DNA of 7,722 bases from IMG/VR virus record IMGVR_UViG_3300014846_000039; one strand, written 5' to 3'. Source of the stretch: a virus. Lineage: Duplodnaviria > Heunggongvirae > Uroviricota > Caudoviricetes. Positions within the stretch are counted from its first letter, which is position 1. Each line of letters opens with the position of its first letter. This document shows positions 6,050 through 7,722 of the stretch, one piece after another. The notes under the pieces were generated by a model that ran no database searches, had not been told where the DNA came from, and saw nothing but the letters and a program-made list of their open reading frames with translations. The position numbers were made by a program, and so were the translations under genes.

Positions 6050-6702
6050 AACTGGAAGATTTACCGAAATACTACTCCCCAAAATCCCCCGGCCTGACTG
6101 ATGCATCGGCCTCAACGTCGAAAGATGCGCTGAGTATCACTGATGTGATGGCCGCGCAGGGCATGACACAGAATCGGGCTGAGATGGGGTTTTCTGCGTT
6201 CCTTGGGAAAATGGGCATTAGTATGAATGACAGAGAGCGGGCAACAGAATTGCTGACAGAATATGCACTCAGTCGGTGTGATCGCGTGGCGGCGTTAAGA
6301 AAACTCCCGGCAGAAATAAAACCGGTAGTGATGCGCATTATGGCTTCGTACGCTTTTGAGGATTATGCCCGCAGCGCAGCGAGTAAAAAGCAGTGCCCTT
6401 GTTGCTATGGGGAAAAATTTATTGAAAGCGTAGTTTTTACAAACAAGGTCCAGTATCCGGATGGTAAGCCGCCGGTATGGGCAAAGTGTACGAAAGGTGT
6501 GTATCCGTCTTACTGGGAAGAATGGAAAAAAAATCGGGAGGTGGTAAAAGTTGCCTGTCCGGAGTGTGGCGGAAAGGGTGAGGTTTCCACCGCCTGTAAG
6601 GATTGCCGTGGGCGTGGTGTCGCCATTCATCGTGAAGAGTCGGTAAAACGTGGTATGCCTGTTATCAGAGACTGCCAGCGTTGTGGTTGGTCGTGGCTGT
6701 GA
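6046..6702 (+). CDS. Late-gene antitermination protein Q family
   Basis: 218-aa ORF immediately after rusA (typical lambdoid order), with Cys-rich zinc-finger-like segments (CPCCYGEKF, CPECGGKGEVSTACKDCRGRG, CQRCGW) and followed by a promoter plus intrinsic terminator, as expected for Q / pR' / tR'. Confidence 0.75.
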   Translation: MKLEDLPKYYSPKSPGLTDASASTSKDALSITDVMAAQGMTQNRAEMGFSAFLGKMGISMNDRERATELLTEYALSRCDRVAALRKLPAEIKPVVMRIMASYAFEDYARSAASKKQCPCCYGEKFIESVVFTNKVQYPDGKPPVWAKCTKGVYPSYWEEWKKNREVVKVACPECGGKGEVSTACKDCRGRGVAIHREESVKRGMPVIRDCQRCGWSWL

Positions 6703-6873
6703 AAGGCTGCCATCAACGGAGGCATTTAATGCCATATGCAAAGTGACGAGTGCTATCACGCTTGATACGTGGAAAAAATCAGTGAAACGCTTTTACGATA
6801 CGTTGGTGGTTCGGTTTGACATTGAAGAGGCATGGGCGGAGCGGCAGTTAAAGAGGGTAACGCGATAGTGTTG

Positions 6874-6901
6874 TTGATTTTTCCCGAATCTGTGGTAAAT
6901 T
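6874..6901 (+). promoter_or_regulatory. Putative late promoter (pR'-like) with extended -10 (TTGATT, 16 nt, TGgTAAATT)
   Basis: -35-like TTGATT 6874-6879; TG at 6893-6894 then TAAATT 6896-6901; lies between Q and a strong intrinsic terminator. Sequence-only prediction. Confidence 0.35.
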
Positions 6902-6950
6902 TGCCCTAACGATGGGCGTTTTATGCCTGACGTTAGAAGAATTTTTACAC

Positions 6951-6972
6951 CCCGCCGCCTGGCGGGTTTTTT
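6951..6972 (+). terminator. Rho-independent terminator (tR'-like): 6-bp GC stem cccgcc/ggcggg, 4-nt loop, T6
   Basis: Stem 6951-6956 / 6961-6966, loop gcct 6957-6960, T-run 6967-6972. Confidence 0.6.
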
Positions 6973-7094
6973 ATGACTGAAATCGCGTCAGTACAGTAAA
7001 CGCGCTGGTGGCGGTGAATACCTGTCTTTCAGCTTGCTGGCTTTTTCGACAAGAGTTATTGGTGTGTCACGTTAACCGGAAAAGGGAAAAAGAC

Positions 7095-7292
7095 ATGCTG
7101 AAACAGCAGGATATGACCGAAACCGCCAGAGTGGTGTTTAATGAATTAAGTGCCACCGAACCGGCGACAGTCGGGGAGATTGCGCAGAATACTTACCTTT
7201 CACGTGAACGCTGCCAGTTAATACTGACCCAGCTTGTTATGGCGGGACTGGCAGACTATCAGTTCGGTTGTTACAGACGCCTTCAGTCCTGA
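7095..7292 (+). CDS. Small hypothetical protein (65 aa), possibly winged-helix DNA-binding
   Basis: ATG 7095 with AAGGGA-type SD at 7082-7087; ORF track lists a longer 7008..7292 version from GTG, which I consider less likely. The segment TVGEIAQNTYLSRERCQLILTQLVMAGLA resembles DeoR/MarR-like wHTH recognition helices (weak, by eye). Stop TGA 7290-7292 is inside a terminator hairpin. Confidence 0.45.
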   Translation: MLKQQDMTETARVVFNELSATEPATVGEIAQNTYLSRERCQLILTQLVMAGLADYQFGCYRRLQS

Positions 7293-7302
7293 AGGCTTTT
7301 TT
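7279..7302 (+). terminator. Rho-independent terminator (gccttca / gtcc / tgaaggc, T6)
   Basis: 7-bp stem 7279-7285 / 7290-7296, loop 7286-7289, T-run 7297-7302. Confidence 0.55.
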
Positions 7303-7391
7303 ATTTGTGGTAAATGGGCGGCTGGTGGGTGTTAGGGGCACTCACCAGCCATCTGCTCATGCGTCCGGATCACAAGCAAACCTCAGGCCCA

Positions 7392-7410
7392 CTGCTTTGC
7401 GCAAAAGCAG
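7392..7410. promoter_or_regulatory. Near-perfect 19-bp palindrome CTGCTTTGCGCAAAAGCAG upstream of the methyltransferase start (candidate operator or hairpin)
   Basis: Arms ctgcttt (7392-7398) and aaagcag (7404-7410) are reverse complements around gcgca; 33 nt before ATG 7443. Confidence 0.3.
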
Positions 7411-7442
7411 AATGAGCCTATCAGAGACAGGCTTAATGATCC

Positions 7443-7722
7443 ATGCTTAATACTGTAAAAATATCCAGTTGTGAGTTAATCAACGCCGACTGCCTGGAAT
7501 TTATCCGGTCGTTACCCGAAAATTCTGTTGACCTGATAGTCACGGACCCGCCGTACTTTAAAGTGAAGCCTGAGGGCTGGGATAACCAGTGGAAGGGCGA
7601 CGATGATTACCTGAAATGGCTGGACCAGTGTCTGGCGCAGTTCTGGCGGGTGCTGAAACCTGCCGGAAGTCTTTACCTGTTCTGTGGCCATCGCCTGGCG
7701 TCTGACATTGAAATCATGATGC
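7443..7722 (+). CDS. DNA methyltransferase (N6-adenine or N4-cytosine class, DPPY motif), 5' part only; continues beyond the window
   Basis: Open frame from ATG 7443 (in-frame TGA immediately upstream at 7437-7439) to the window end; N-terminus ...NADCLEFIRSLPENSVDLIVTDPPYF contains the DPPY catalytic motif of amino-methyltransferases. Not in the ORF track because no stop is reached. Confidence 0.8.
   Translation, partial: MLNTVKISSCELINADCLEFIRSLPENSVDLIVTDPPYFKVKPEGWDNQWKGDDDYLKWLDQCLAQFWRVLKPAGSLYLFCGHRLASDIEIMM

Noticed and set aside
5327-6338. Short ORFs overlapping the DUF968/rusA/Q genes (5327..5551 -, 5526..5756 -, 5656..5868 +, 5770..5964 -, 5933..6115 -, 6072..6338 -)
   Set aside because: All embedded in or antisense to genes with family-level motifs and translational coupling.
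6295-6759. Minus-strand 154-aa ORF antisense to Q
   Set aside because: Antisense to the Q gene, which is supported by context and zinc-finger motifs.
6650-6868. 72-aa ORF overlapping the Q 3' end (possible short version from GTG 6743)
   Set aside because: Starts inside Q in another frame; the nearby GGAGG (6719-6723) is out of register with any in-frame start. May be non-coding leader of the late region, but a small protein cannot be excluded.
6976-7094. Possible tRNA between tR' and the small ORF, as seen downstream of Q in some lambdoid phages
   Set aside because: No cloverleaf hallmarks (T-loop GTTCGA-type motif or acceptor-stem complementarity) could be found by eye.
7268-7450. 60-aa ORF spanning the terminator and palindrome before the methyltransferase
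   Set aside because: Runs through a terminator hairpin and T-run, has no RBS and overlaps the methyltransferase start in another frame.

Overview
All supportable genes are on the + strand and together look like the early-to-late junction of a lambdoid prophage (E. coli-like): a 5'-truncated gene, a hypothetical gene, a QueH-like (DUF208) gene, a Hok/Gef-family toxin gene whose 3' end is replaced, then (after an inserted cassette) two small ORFs, a DUF968 gene, rusA, an antiterminator Q gene, a late promoter/terminator region, a small winged-helix-like gene and the 5' part of a DPPY DNA methyltransferase running off the window. The most interesting stretch is an AT-rich two-gene cassette of about 1.8 kb (2211-3945): a 216-aa protein with no motif I recognise, overlapping a 367-aa HTH_XRE + ImmA/IrrE zinc-metallopeptidase fusion. 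It has its own promoter-like element, sits exactly where the hok reading frame stops matching HokD, and is bracketed by two identical 20-nt terminator hairpins (2115-2134 and 3950-3969). I regard it as a candidate undescribed accessory module (defence, abortive infection or toxin control), but its function is inference only. No rRNA, tRNA or CRISPR array was seen. All family assignments come from reading motifs by eye and from memory of the families; no database search was run.
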